Source: Vulcanimicrobiales bacterium
GTDB lineage: Bacteria; Vulcanimicrobiota; Vulcanimicrobiia; Vulcanimicrobiales; Vulcanimicrobiaceae
Reading direction: 5' to 3'
Assembly: GCA_038231455.1 (NCBI GenBank)
Contig: JBBRLI010000015.1
Span: 1-64,000, forward strand
DNA: 64,000 bases
The position numbers and the translations under genes are program-made. Below, piece after piece: positions 49,483 through 59,404 of the stretch (position 1 is the stretch's first letter; every line of letters starts with the position of its first letter). The notes beneath the pieces were generated by a model. The model had not been told where the DNA came from, searched no databases, and saw only the letters and a list, made by a program, of their open reading frames with translations.

Positions 49483-51504
49483 TTAGTAGTACGCGGGCGT
49501 TGGGGTCGGGATCGGACCTTGCGAGAGCGAGCCTTGAAAACTCGGGGTCGAGTCGCTTGCTCGGACCGTCGCGCCGGTCGAAGGCGTGTTGGTTGGCGTA
49601 ATAAAAACCGTCGCGCCGGAGATCAAACTCAAGGTGAGGGACTGACCCGGCGTCAGCGTTTGACGGACCACGTTTCCGCTCGCATCGAACGCGGGCTGAC
49701 TCCCGTTGAACACCTCGGGATTGAGAGGACCGGGTTGAACGATGTTGCGGATATTGGTCGAAATACGACGTGAATACGTCTGGACCGGCCCGCGTAGCAC
49801 CAGTTGCGAAGAGAACGCGTAGCGCGGATCGCTCACCGCTTCGGCCGCGCCGCCGCCGACGTGCACGGCAAGCGCGGTCGCGAACTCTTGGTACACTTGT
49901 GCGAACGGCTCGCCGCCCGCGGCTGCGACGACCGGACCGACATCGACACCGCTGAGGCCATTCGATTTCTCGGCATAGACCGCGTGGAGCGCAGCCGATC
50001 CGCCGAAGCGGTCGTAGAGATAGCGCATCATCAGATACGAGAAGCCGTAGTTGCCCGCGTTGTTGTGATAGTAACCGTAGGGCGCCGACGCGCTCGAACT
50101 TGCCGGGTCGGGTTGATAACCGCTGAACGAGGTTAACGAGAAGAGATTGGGCTCGAGCAGATACGCGCGAACGAAGAGCGGGGATTCCGCCTCTTTGGGA
50201 TCGCGGCCGTTCCCGACGACGAGATCTTGTGCGAGGACGGAACAGCCTTCGTCGACGAACGAGTTGTCGATCGTCCCGGCATTTTGGTTGGTGGGATCGA
50301 CGACGATCTGCTGCAGAAATTTATTGATGTAGTGCAGATAGTGCTGGTATTCGTGGGCCATCGTCTGCGGCGCGGTTTCTTGTAGGTAGAACGCCTCGTT
50401 GTTTGCGGCAAATCCCGGCGAGGGGGTATTGATGTCGCTCGACATCACGAACATTTTGAGGTTGTTGACCGCGATCTTTGGCGTGCCGGGGATGCAGTTC
50501 GCTTCGGATTGCGAGAGCATATCGGCGCCGAAGAAGTAGCCACCCTCACCGGTGCCGGCAAGGGCGTTGGTAATGATGATGTTCATCTGCGGATCGGTTC
50601 TGCTCGTGGTGTCGGTGCCGGGATCGGGCGAACCGGTGAGCCGGGTCGTGTTAGCGTCGCACTCTTGAAACTGAACCGTCGACGTCGTGTAAGCCGAGCC
50701 GTATGCCGCAGTTTCGACCGCGTAGTTCTGTTCGAAGAGACTGCCGATCTTATCCATGTCAGCTTGCACGCCCGACGGGTACTCTGCGGCATTGGCGTCG
50801 CTATCATCGAGCCAGATATTTGCGTGGGCCGTTTGCGTGATGAGATGCGCGGGCGCCGCGACGACCCCGTTCTTGCATGTGCTCGACGTCGTACCGCTGA
50901 TGTTGCCGCACTGCAATTGGAACGTGAAGGTCGCGCCGGGCACGAAGTTCTGCGGTGTCGCTGCGATCTCGCGTGTCGACTGCGTCGAACGTCCGACCGT
51001 CGCCGTGCGGCGAATCGTCTGAGCGATCGAGCGCATGCGATCGACGCTCAGGAGATCGGGTCGCCGCATGGTGTCGGCGTCGCGGACGATCCGCGGTGAG
51101 GACGCGATCGCGCGCAAGCGCGACTGTGTCGCCTGTCCGCCGCTCTCGGTGACGATCAGCGAAGACGTCTGGAGCGTTGCTCCCGCAGAACCGGTTACGC
51201 TATCGGGCATCGAGGCGCTCTGCGCTGTGAAGACCGCCGTGTTGGCCGCATTCGTGACCGTCGAGCCAAACGCACCGCTCCCGCCGCCGAGGATCGTGAC
51301 GGCCGACGTCGCTGGGACAAAGCCGCCACTAGCGGCCGTTGCAACAGCGGTCGGCGTTGGCGTCGGGACTGGCGTCGATGTCGGAATCGGGGTGACGATC
51401 GGAGGTGCGGCGCTCGAGCCACCCCCGCCGCCGCCTCCGCAAGCTGCAAGCGTCGCGAGTGCGATCATTCCGGTAGCAACGGTGAGCGAGAGGCGACGAT
51501 TCAA
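49483..51504 (-). CDS. Lipoprotein zinc metallopeptidase (HExxH, M30-like)
   Basis: Lipobox LAA-C, poly-Gly and PT linker, GGYF and TMAHEYQH...DEG. Confidence 0.75.
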   Translation of the reverse strand: MNRRLSLTVATGMIALATLAACGGGGGGGSSAAPPIVTPIPTSTPVPTPTPTAVATAASGGFVPATSAVTILGGGSGAFGSTVTNAANTAVFTAQSASMPDSVTGSAGATLQTSSLIVTESGGQATQSRLRAIASSPRIVRDADTMRRPDLLSVDRMRSIAQTIRRTATVGRSTQSTREIAATPQNFVPGATFTFQLQCGNISGTTSSTCKNGVVAAPAHLITQTAHANIWLDDSDANAAEYPSGVQADMDKIGSLFEQNYAVETAAYGSAYTTSTVQFQECDANTTRLTGSPDPGTDTTSRTDPQMNIIITNALAGTGEGGYFFGADMLSQSEANCIPGTPKIAVNNLKMFVMSSDINTPSPGFAANNEAFYLQETAPQTMAHEYQHYLHYINKFLQQIVVDPTNQNAGTIDNSFVDEGCSVLAQDLVVGNGRDPKEAESPLFVRAYLLEPNLFSLTSFSGYQPDPASSSASAPYGYYHNNAGNYGFSYLMMRYLYDRFGGSAALHAVYAEKSNGLSGVDVGPVVAAAGGEPFAQVYQEFATALAVHVGGGAAEAVSDPRYAFSSQLVLRGPVQTYSRRISTNIRNIVQPGPLNPEVFNGSQPAFDASGNVVRQTLTPGQSLTLSLISGATVFITPTNTPSTGATVRASDSTPSFQGSLSQGPIPTPTPAYY

Positions 51505-52289
51505 GCGGTATCCTCACGTGAGAGCGCGGCATTGCGTCGAAACGCGAGGCCGCCATTATGGCGGGTCACTTCGACTTCGACCGAATACGCCCGCTTGATC
51601 GCGTTGCTCGTGAACACATCGGCCGGTATTCCCGTTGCGATGAGGCCGCCTGCTCCCAAGAGGGCGATGCGGTCGGCATAGTCTGCTGCTTCTTCGAGCA
51701 AGTGTAAAACCGCGATGACGATCTTTCCGCTGCGTGCGAGTTCGCGCGCCAGTTCCAAGACCTCCAGAGCGTAACGCACGTCGAGGTGGCTGGTCGGTTC
51801 GTCGAGCAAGAGAACATCGGCGTCCTGCGCCAGGCCAACGGCAATCCACACGCGTTGGCGCTCGCCCGCCGAGAGCGTCGCGAGTTCGCGGCCCGCAAGA
51901 TGCGCGATACCGACTTGCGCGAGCGCGCGAGCGACAGCCTCGCCGTCGGATTCCTTGGCCGTCCATTCCCACCACCGGTGGTGCGGGTAGCGCGCGTTTT
52001 CAACCGCCTCGCGGACGCTGAGGGATTCGAGCGCATTCGACGTGCTCTCGATAAACGCGATGCGCGTTGCGCGCGTGCGCGCATCCAGGCTCGCGAGCGG
52101 CACGCCGTCGAGTTCGAGCGTTCCGCCGGCGAGCGGAAGAATGCCGGCGATCGATGCGAGTAGCGTCGTTTTGCCGACCCCATTTGCACCCATGAGGGCG
52201 AGGACCTCACCGCGACGCGCTTCGAAGGCGACGTGTTCGAGCAGTGCGCAGGGACCACGGGCGATACGCGCGTCGCGAAGCGCCAGCAT
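51501..52289 (-). CDS. Cobalamin/iron-chelate ABC ATPase (BtuD/FecE-like)
   Basis: GANGVGKT, LSAGERQR and LDEPTSHLD. Confidence 0.92.
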   Translation of the reverse strand: MLALRDARIARGPCALLEHVAFEARRGEVLALMGANGVGKTTLLASIAGILPLAGGTLELDGVPLASLDARTRATRIAFIESTSNALESLSVREAVENARYPHHRWWEWTAKESDGEAVARALAQVGIAHLAGRELATLSAGERQRVWIAVGLAQDADVLLLDEPTSHLDVRYALEVLELARELARSGKIVIAVLHLLEEAADYADRIALLGAGGLIATGIPADVFTSNAIKRAYSVEVEVTRHNGGLAFRRNAALSREDTA

Positions 52290-53276
52290 CTAGGCGTACG
52301 ACCGGGTTGCGCCGCGCAGATACAAATACAGAAACGTCGGCACGCCGATGAATGCGAGCAGCACGCCGAGCGGAATTTCAACCGGTGCGATGAGCGAACG
52401 ACTCGCTGCATCGGCGACGATCACTAGTTCCGCGCCGAGGAACGCTGCGGCAGGCAACATGACGCGGAGATCGTTTCCGACGATGCGGCGCGCCAGATGC
52501 GGCACGATCAGGCCGACGAACCCGACCATCCCCGCAAGTGCAACGGCCGCTGCGGTCAAGAGCGAGGCTGCTGCGAGGAGCGCCCACTGCACGCGATTGA
52601 CATCGACGCCGAGGGCTGCTGCGCGTCGTTCGCCCAAGCGCAAGACGTTGAGTGCGGGAACGAAGATGAACGCGATTGCGGCACCTACGATCGCGTATGG
52701 CGCGGAGGCGAGGAGTTCGCTCCACCCGCGACCGGCGAGCGAGCCGGCGAGCCACGCGAGGATCGCATCGCTCGAACCGCCGCGTGCGAGTCGCGTGAGT
52801 ACGAGCGCGACGATCGCCGCAAAGAGCGCCGAGAGCGAGACGCCGGCGAGAATCAAGCGCTCGGCATCGAGTCCGGTCCCGCGGCGTGCGAGGATGGCAA
52901 CGAGGATCGCGGTCGCGAGCCCCGCGGCAAAACCGATTGCCGGAACGACCGGAAGCGCAACGCCGAGCGTGACGGCGATTGCGATCGCAGCGCCCGCCCC
53001 GGAACTCACGCCGGTAAGATACGGATCGACCAGCGGATTGCGTAACATCGCCTGCATGATCGTGCCGGCGATCCCAAGGCACGCGCCGACCGCGGCTGCT
53101 AGTGCCAAGCGCGGAACGCGTAACGCCCAAACGATGGTATTGGTATCGCCGCGCGCGTGCGGGTGGGCGAGCGCAGCGAGCAAATCGTTCGGTGCGATCG
53201 CCGCGCCGCCCACTCCGGCCCCGATCGCAAGCACGAACGGAACGAGCGCGGCGATGACGACGAGCCGCATGATCAT
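52290..53276 (-). CDS. Cobalamin/iron-chelate ABC permease (BtuC/FecCD)
   Basis: LRVPR, RNPLVDPYLTGVSSGA, GFVGLIVPH and EIPLG. Confidence 0.93.
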   Translation of the reverse strand: MIMRLVVIAALVPFVLAIGAGVGGAAIAPNDLLAALAHPHARGDTNTIVWALRVPRLALAAAVGACLGIAGTIMQAMLRNPLVDPYLTGVSSGAGAAIAIAVTLGVALPVVPAIGFAAGLATAILVAILARRGTGLDAERLILAGVSLSALFAAIVALVLTRLARGGSSDAILAWLAGSLAGRGWSELLASAPYAIVGAAIAFIFVPALNVLRLGERRAAALGVDVNRVQWALLAAASLLTAAAVALAGMVGFVGLIVPHLARRIVGNDLRVMLPAAAFLGAELVIVADAASRSLIAPVEIPLGVLLAFIGVPTFLYLYLRGATRSYA

Positions 53277-53335
53277 CGTTCGAGCCTACCGTCCAAGAGG
53301 CGTCGAGTCCTCGTTTCGGCAACGCTATCCGGCTG

Positions 53336-54160
53336 ATGTTCTTCTGGTTCCGCCCGCTTGCCGGCCTCATCGCGGCGCTCGCCCTGCTCGGTGCGGCGCC
53401 TGTTCCCGCCCATCGCATCGTTTCGCTCATCCCCTCGCTGACCGAAGATCTCTTCGCGATCGGCGCAGGCCCACTGGTCGTCGGCGTCTCGGCATTTACC
53501 GACTATCCCGCGGCGGCGAAGGCCCTGCCGGTTGTGAATTCGTTTTCGTCCGTGCAGACCGAGCGCGTCGTTGGTCTGCATCCGGATTTAGTGGTGGGTA
53601 TTTCCTCGCAGCAAAATCTGGCCGCGGATATTGCGAAGACGGGTATTCGAACCGAACTCCTGAGCGACGATTCGTACGATGACATTTTTCGCAATCTCGA
53701 ACGTTTGGGTTCGCTAAGCGGCCGGCGCACGCAAGCCGATGCGCTCGTGCGGACGCTTCACGCGCAAGCCGCGGCGCTCGCACATCCGAATTCGCGCGGG
53801 CCGACGTGTTTTGTTGTGCTCGGTGTCGCACCGATCTTCACGGTCGGCAATACCTCGTATATCGCGAAGCTTATCGAGCTTGCCGGCGGACGCAATGCCG
53901 CAAACGACGTGCACGATGCGTACGCGCGCTACAGCGCAGAGGCACTCGTAGCTCGACAGCCCGATATCCTGATCGTCGATCCGATGGCGGGTGTCGTGCC
54001 GGTGCTCGACCGGGCGCCTTGGAATGGCTTGCGTGCCGTCCGCGAGCATCGCGTTTACGTGTTGCGCGACCCGGCGATTCTCGAGCGACCGGGTCCGCGA
54101 TTCGTCGATGGACTGCGCTGGCTCGTCGCTACGCTCAAGAAGTCGCATGACCGCGCGTAG
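53336..54160 (+). CDS. Helical-backbone substrate-binding protein (BtuF-like)
   Basis: RIVSLIPSLTE, DYPAAA, AGGRN and RPGPR. Confidence 0.9.
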   Translation: MFFWFRPLAGLIAALALLGAAPVPAHRIVSLIPSLTEDLFAIGAGPLVVGVSAFTDYPAAAKALPVVNSFSSVQTERVVGLHPDLVVGISSQQNLAADIAKTGIRTELLSDDSYDDIFRNLERLGSLSGRRTQADALVRTLHAQAAALAHPNSRGPTCFVVLGVAPIFTVGNTSYIAKLIELAGGRNAANDVHDAYARYSAEALVARQPDILIVDPMAGVVPVLDRAPWNGLRAVREHRVYVLRDPAILERPGPRFVDGLRWLVATLKKSHDRA

Positions 54161-55247
54161 TCATTCGACGCAGCCGCTGCCGCAGCGCGCGCTTGTCGTT
54201 GCCGTCGACATCGGCGATCCCTCGCTCTTGCCGCAGCTCGAGGAGTTCAAAGCGCTTGCGAGCGCGTCGGGTTTGCACGTGATCGGCGAGGTCATCCAAA
54301 AACTCGCACATGTCGATGCCAGCACGCTTGTCGGAAGCGGCAAAGCCGCGGAAATTGCGGAGCGCGCGAAAGAAGAAAATGCCGATCTGCTGCTCGTGTA
54401 TAACGATCTTCGGCCGCGCCAGCGCAACAATCTCGAGAAGATCGTGCCGCTTCCGATCGTCGACCGCACGATGCTGATTCTTGACGTCTTTGCCCTCCAC
54501 GCGCGCAGCCGCGAGGGCAAGTTGCAAGTGGAGCTAGCGCAGCTACGCTACCGCCAATCCAACCTCATCGGTGCGGGTGCTGCGCTCTCGCGGCTTGGCG
54601 GCGGTGTTGGAACGCGCGGTCCCGGCGAGACGAAACTGGAAGTCGACCGCCGGAAAATTCAACAGCGCGTAACGCTGCTCAATCGCCAACTCGATGATGT
54701 GCGTCGGCAACGCGAGACGCGCCGCGCCGGTCGCGGCGGCGAATCGCTCGTCGCGCTCGTCGGATATACGAACGTTGGAAAATCGTCCTTGCTCAATCGC
54801 CTTGCCGGCATCGGTGCCGACCGCGCGAACGCCGCCTTCGTCGCCGACCAACCCTTTGCGACACTCGATCCGACGCTCCGCCGCGTGTACGTCGGTGATA
54901 GCCGCAGCGTGCGTATGGCGGATACCGTTGGCTTCATCACCGCGCTTCCAAAAGAGTTGATGAATGCGTTCCGCGCGACGCTCGAAGAACTCAGCGAAGC
55001 CGATCTCCTCGTCCACGTTCTCGATGCCTCGAATCCCGATTGGGCGCGTCAGCGGGCGAGCGTCGATGCGATTCTGACCGAGCTCAAACTCGAAGAAAAG
55101 CCCACGATCATCATCTTCAATAAAGTCGACCGGCTCGATGAGGCCGCGCGACACGCGCTCGTGGGCGTCGGCGCAATCGAAGTATCGGCTGCAAGCGGCG
55201 TGGGTCTGGATCAGCTCCGGGCGGCGATCGCGGAGCGTCTCGGGTGA
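54147..55247 (+). CDS. hflX: Ribosome-splitting GTPase HflX
   Basis: GTRGPGETKLEVDRR, GYTNVGKS, FATLDP, DTVGF and NKVD. Confidence 0.96.
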   Translation: MTARSHSTQPLPQRALVVAVDIGDPSLLPQLEEFKALASASGLHVIGEVIQKLAHVDASTLVGSGKAAEIAERAKEENADLLLVYNDLRPRQRNNLEKIVPLPIVDRTMLILDVFALHARSREGKLQVELAQLRYRQSNLIGAGAALSRLGGGVGTRGPGETKLEVDRRKIQQRVTLLNRQLDDVRRQRETRRAGRGGESLVALVGYTNVGKSSLLNRLAGIGADRANAAFVADQPFATLDPTLRRVYVGDSRSVRMADTVGFITALPKELMNAFRATLEELSEADLLVHVLDASNPDWARQRASVDAILTELKLEEKPTIIIFNKVDRLDEAARHALVGVGAIEVSAASGVGLDQLRAAIAERLG

Positions 55248-55951
55248 CGCGCCGGATTGCGGCGGCGCTCGCCGTTCTCGGTCTTGCGGCATGCGCGTCG
55301 AGCGCACGCGAAGCGCACCCGGGCGACCTCTTTACCGCCGACTACACCAAGCTGCACGCGGCGGTCGTCTACTTCAAGATGAAAATCCCATCGGACGATG
55401 CGAAGCGAAAAAAAGCCGGACTGCGCGACGATGCGTACGGCAGCGGTTTCGTGATCGAAAGCGGTGCGTGGGGTTCGCGCATTCTCACCGACGCTCACGT
55501 CGTTGCCGATGCCACACAGGTAACGGCGACGATCGGCGATCGTCACACGGCCTCCGCTCGCGTCGTCGCGACAAGCGGCGACGACGACGATCTTGCAATC
55601 GTGTTCGTCCCCCTCGCAAACGAAGCGACGGTAACGCTCGGTCATGCAAGCGGTCTCATCCCCGGCACGCAAGTGGGCGTACTCGGCTATCCAATTCCTG
55701 ACGCGTTTCTCGATGAAGGCCTAGGCACCGTCGTTTCGCTCTATACGGGACGACTCTCGAGCGTGCGCAAGAACGCGCTCGAACTCGATCTGCCGATCAT
55801 CCCGGGCGAGAGCGGAGGACCGGTCTTCGAGGCATCGAGCGGCGAAGTGATCGGCGTTGCGGAGTCACGCTTCGATGAAGAGCGAGCGATCGGATTTGCG
55901 ACGCCCGTGGAGACGATCCGCGCCTTTCTCGCCGCTCACCCGCGCTTGTAA
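55244..55951 (+). CDS. Trypsin-like serine protease lipoprotein
   Basis: Lipobox LAA-C, GSGF, TDAHVV, DLA and GESGGP. Confidence 0.88.
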   Translation: MTRRIAAALAVLGLAACASSAREAHPGDLFTADYTKLHAAVVYFKMKIPSDDAKRKKAGLRDDAYGSGFVIESGAWGSRILTDAHVVADATQVTATIGDRHTASARVVATSGDDDDLAIVFVPLANEATVTLGHASGLIPGTQVGVLGYPIPDAFLDEGLGTVVSLYTGRLSSVRKNALELDLPIIPGESGGPVFEASSGEVIGVAESRFDEERAIGFATPVETIRAFLAAHPRL

Positions 55952-56359
55952 CTACGCTCCGTTGAAATCCACGAAATAACTGTACGCGCCCGGGATCGGA
56001 TGACAGTCGCGGATCTCCGGCACGAACGTCGTCGCGAGTGCTGCATCGACCGCGGCTTGGCGCAAGAGAACCGGACCTGACACCGCGCTTGCCTCGGTGA
56101 CACCGCCGTTCGCTCGCACGGTAACGAGAACCTCAACCGTGCCGGTGACGCCGTCGGCCGCGGCGAGTGCGGGAATAACCGGCCGCACGGCATTGACCGC
56201 GTGCGCGGCGCGATAGTGCGCGTAACACGGTTTCGGCTTCACTTGCTTACGAACGAGCGTATGCCGGATCTGATGGCCGGAGCTTGCTGCACTTGCGTCA
56301 CTCGCAAATGCAAGCAATGCGCTCGCAATTCCAACCGTCAGTCCGAGCGCGCGTATCAT
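55952..56359 (-). CDS. TonB C-terminal domain protein
   Basis: Signal peptide; P..A...GVTGTVEVLVTV..NGGV...SGP.LL..AAVDAA. Confidence 0.75.
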   Translation of the reverse strand: MIRALGLTVGIASALLAFASDASAASSGHQIRHTLVRKQVKPKPCYAHYRAAHAVNAVRPVIPALAAADGVTGTVEVLVTVRANGGVTEASAVSGPVLLRQAAVDAALATTFVPEIRDCHPIPGAYSYFVDFNGA

Positions 56360-56364
56360 TCATG

Positions 56365-57495
56365 TTATGTACCCGCAGAACGAGCCGCGTCACGCGCATC
56401 GAGCGTCTCCTTGACAATGCTCGGTAAAGAAACCGCGTGCGAATTTTTGAGTGACGAGCGGTCGCCGACCCACTGTGCGGGCGGTATACGCCACCAGCGA
56501 GCCATCGCGTTGAGCGAGCCCGCATACGTGCGACGCGTCTCGCTAAAGAGCTGCCAAGCGCGGTCTCGATCGCTTACGAGCGTCACGCCGGATGCGGCGA
56601 GTCGGTCGAGAACCAGATCGAACTCACCTCGCTCGACACCGATTTCATCGCTCTTCGGAAGACCGAAATAATGTGCGAAATCTTTGACCAGGTGCCGACC
56701 GAGGGCGTTCGTTAGTCGCGCTTCTCCGACGCTATCGGCATCGAAACACGTGATCGCAAGTGTCGATGCATCGAGCAACGTCCCAATCGCCGCAACCCAC
56801 GACTCGTAGTCGTGACTCGAGCGAAAGTAGGTCAAGACGGGATACGAGAGATGGCTCTCCATGAGTTGCGCCATCCAGCGCTGACCCTCGCGCAAGAACT
56901 CGGGCAGCGATTCGGTAAGCCCGAGGCGCAAGACGGTTTCGATGAACGTCACGCCCGAAGGTGGTGAACCCGCGCGCGTGCCCAGCAGCACGACGAAAAC
57001 CTCGCGCGCTTGAAACTGCTGCAAGACCGAGTACAAGAACGTCGTCACGACGGCGACGACCGCGAAGCCCGTCGCACCGGCCGTGATGGAGAAAAGACGC
57101 GCCCATCCGCTCGTTGCGACGATGTCGCCAAATCCGATCGTGATGAGTGAAGTCCCCGCAAAGTAGAGCGCCGAGGGGAAATCGGTGATGCCTTTGATGC
57201 CGTCCCGCATGCCGTAGAAGATCAGACCGTAGGCGCAGACGAGCAGGACGACCCACATGCCCAAGAGCGAGACCAGGAGCAACGGAGCGTAAATTCCAAG
57301 GAAATCTTCGCGCACGTCGTTGTTGCGCACGCGCATCAGAACGGAACTCCACGCGCGCCAGCCCCAGCGTGATACCCATGCGCTCGGACGGAGAGCGCGG
57401 CTCGCGGGCCGCGGGACGATGACGGATTCGAAAACATCGGCCATCACGACGATTGCGACGATGATGCCGCAAGCGACGAAGAATTTGTCGAGCAT
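56365..57495 (-). CDS. Potassium channel family protein
   Basis: Pore motif YFAGTSLITIGFGDI with flanking TM helices. Confidence 0.88.
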   Translation of the reverse strand: MLDKFFVACGIIVAIVVMADVFESVIVPRPASRALRPSAWVSRWGWRAWSSVLMRVRNNDVREDFLGIYAPLLLVSLLGMWVVLLVCAYGLIFYGMRDGIKGITDFPSALYFAGTSLITIGFGDIVATSGWARLFSITAGATGFAVVAVVTTFLYSVLQQFQAREVFVVLLGTRAGSPPSGVTFIETVLRLGLTESLPEFLREGQRWMAQLMESHLSYPVLTYFRSSHDYESWVAAIGTLLDASTLAITCFDADSVGEARLTNALGRHLVKDFAHYFGLPKSDEIGVERGEFDLVLDRLAASGVTLVSDRDRAWQLFSETRRTYAGSLNAMARWWRIPPAQWVGDRSSLKNSHAVSLPSIVKETLDARDAARSAGT

Positions 57496-57552
57496 CTACC
57501 GCGCACAAAACATCGGCAGGGAGTTTGTTTGCTCTCCCGTAGCGCGGAGCGC

Positions 57553-58101
57553 ATGATCGTTTTGATCACCGGCGGTGTCCGGTCGGGAAAAAGTGCACTC
57601 GCCGCCGCGCGCGCAACCGCACTCGGCGGCGCGGTCACGTACATCGCGACCGCGGGCGTCGATCCCGCCGATGCCGAGTTTGTCGAACGGGTGGCGCGGC
57701 ACCGCCGCGACCGTCCGGGGTCGTGGCGCTCGGTCGAACCGTCGCCAAGGGTCCTGCCCGCGTTGATCGGTCAGCTCGGCCCAAACGACGTCGCGATCGT
57801 CGATTCGGTCGGCACCTGGGTGAGCACGACCATGCTTGCCTTCGAGGAACAGGCCGACCGCGATCCCGTCGGCGCGCTCGACGCCCTCGAAGCGTTGGTG
57901 GGCGACTTCCCCGATATCTGCGCCAAAAGCCCCGCGACCCTATTCCTGGTCACCGAAGAAGTGGGTCTCGGGGTCGTTCCCGCAAGCGCCATGGGCCGAA
58001 TTTTTCGCGACGCCTTGGGCCGACTCAATGCGGCTCTTGCGGCCCGCGCCGATCAGGTCGTCTTGATGGTCGCAGGGATACCCCTTGCGATCAAAGGCTA
58101 A
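57553..58101 (+). CDS. cobU: Adenosylcobinamide kinase / guanylyltransferase
   Basis: GGVRSGKS, RVARHRRDR, EVGLGVVP and FRDALGRLN. Confidence 0.93.
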   Translation: MIVLITGGVRSGKSALAAARATALGGAVTYIATAGVDPADAEFVERVARHRRDRPGSWRSVEPSPRVLPALIGQLGPNDVAIVDSVGTWVSTTMLAFEEQADRDPVGALDALEALVGDFPDICAKSPATLFLVTEEVGLGVVPASAMGRIFRDALGRLNAALAARADQVVLMVAGIPLAIKG

Positions 58102-58457
58102 ATCCCGATCGGGTTGAGGCGGATGTAGCCGCCGTCGCCGGCCTGGGTCTGCTGATCTTTAACAACTTGTACTTGCTGCGTATAGATATCGTAGCCGGTC
58201 ACGTTGACCGTGATGGTCTGCGTCCCAATCGGGATGTTGCGCAGATCGAAGCCACCTTGGTTTGAGGTATTGAGCTGGGTCGCTGCAGCCCCAATCGAGA
58301 CGAGCCCCGAGGTAACCGGCTGGCCGGTCTTGGCGTTGAGGACGCGGCCGGCGACGTCGCCGAAGTCCTGGACGCCGCCGCCATTGGGGTTCGAACACGC
58401 CGCCAGCGTGAGAAGCAGGGCTCCGGTTACGGCCATGAAGCGGCCTCGCGTTGGCAT
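58098..58457 (-). CDS. Lipoprotein with carboxypeptidase-regulatory-like domain
   Basis: AGGAG RBS, lipobox LAA-C and GRVLNAKTGQPV...GGFDLRNIPIG. Confidence 0.8.
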   Translation of the reverse strand: MPTRGRFMAVTGALLLTLAACSNPNGGGVQDFGDVAGRVLNAKTGQPVTSGLVSIGAAATQLNTSNQGGFDLRNIPIGTQTITVNVTGYDIYTQQVQVVKDQQTQAGDGGYIRLNPIGI

Positions 58458-58562
58458 GGTCAGTGCTACTCCTTTTGTCGCTTCAGTCGAAGCGAAAGCT
58501 TCTTTATATGCGCGCATATTGGATAGGGACCACTTCCTACTTTGTGAAAACGCCATACACAC

Positions 58563-58916
58563 ATGACGCCTTATGGTCCCGTAGCGATTTACTTGGCCGT
58601 CGCCGTCGCAGCATCGCTTTTGTTCACGGTTCTGCCGGGCCTGATGGCTCGGAAGAAACCGAACGCGACGAAGAGCGAAGCATACGAATGCGGCGTCGAA
58701 CCGACCTCTGATGTGTCCGGTCGTTTTCCGGTCCGCTTCTATCTTGTCGCGATGCTCTTCGTGATTTTCGACGTCGAAGCAGCGTCGTTCTACCCGTGGG
58801 CGGTGCAGATGCACGCACTCCGCGCGTACGGCCTCTTCGAAATGGTCGTCTTCGTGGCGGTGCTCGCGGTCGGCTATGCGTACGTGTGGAAGCGAGGCGG
58901 TTTTCAGTGGAGATAA
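58563..58916 (+). CDS. nuoA: NADH-quinone oxidoreductase subunit A
   Basis: YECG and [14 protein letters not shown]. Confidence 0.96.
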   Translation: MTPYGPVAIYLAVAVAASLLFTVLPGLMARKKPNATKSEAYECGVEPTSDVSGRFPVRFYLVAMLFVIFDVEAASFYPWAVQMHALRAYGLFEMVVFVAVLAVGYAYVWKRGGFQWR

Positions 58917-59389
58917 TCCCGGGCCAGCAATTTTTGCTCGGCAAGGTCGATGATGTTGCGCGCTGGGCGCAAGCCTCGAGCGTCTGGCCGCTGACGATGG
59001 GCCTGGCCTGCTGCGCGATCGAGATGATGACGGCGACCGCGCCCGAGTACGACATCGCGCGTTTAGGCTCCGAAGTCTTTCGCGCCTCGCCGCGTCAGGC
59101 CGATCTGATGATCGTCTCGGGTCGCGTCGCGCGCAAAATGGCGCCGATCATCAAACGGCTCTACGACCAGATGGCCGATCCCAAGTGGGTTATCTCGATG
59201 GGTGCGTGCGCCAGTTCCGGCGGCGTATTCGACAACTATGCCATCGTCCAGGGCGTCGATACGATTATCCCGGTCGATGTCTACGTCCCCGGTTGCCCCC
59301 CGACGCCCGACGGCTTGCTGTATGCGGTGAACCTCATCCAACAGCAAATCCGCCAAGGCGGACGCGGCGGCATCCTCGCTCGCGCTTAA
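58907..59389 (+). CDS. nuoB: NADH-quinone oxidoreductase subunit B
   Basis: [21 protein letters not shown] and PGCPP; GTG start. Confidence 0.96.
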   Translation: MEIIPGQQFLLGKVDDVARWAQASSVWPLTMGLACCAIEMMTATAPEYDIARLGSEVFRASPRQADLMIVSGRVARKMAPIIKRLYDQMADPKWVISMGACASSGGVFDNYAIVQGVDTIIPVDVYVPGCPPTPDGLLYAVNLIQQQIRQGGRGGILARA

Positions 59390-59404
59390 TTTCCGGAGTC
59401 AGCG

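Noticed and set aside
58542-58559. Rex operator upstream of nuoA
   Set aside because: Only the left half TTGTGAA matches; the right half TTCACAA is absent
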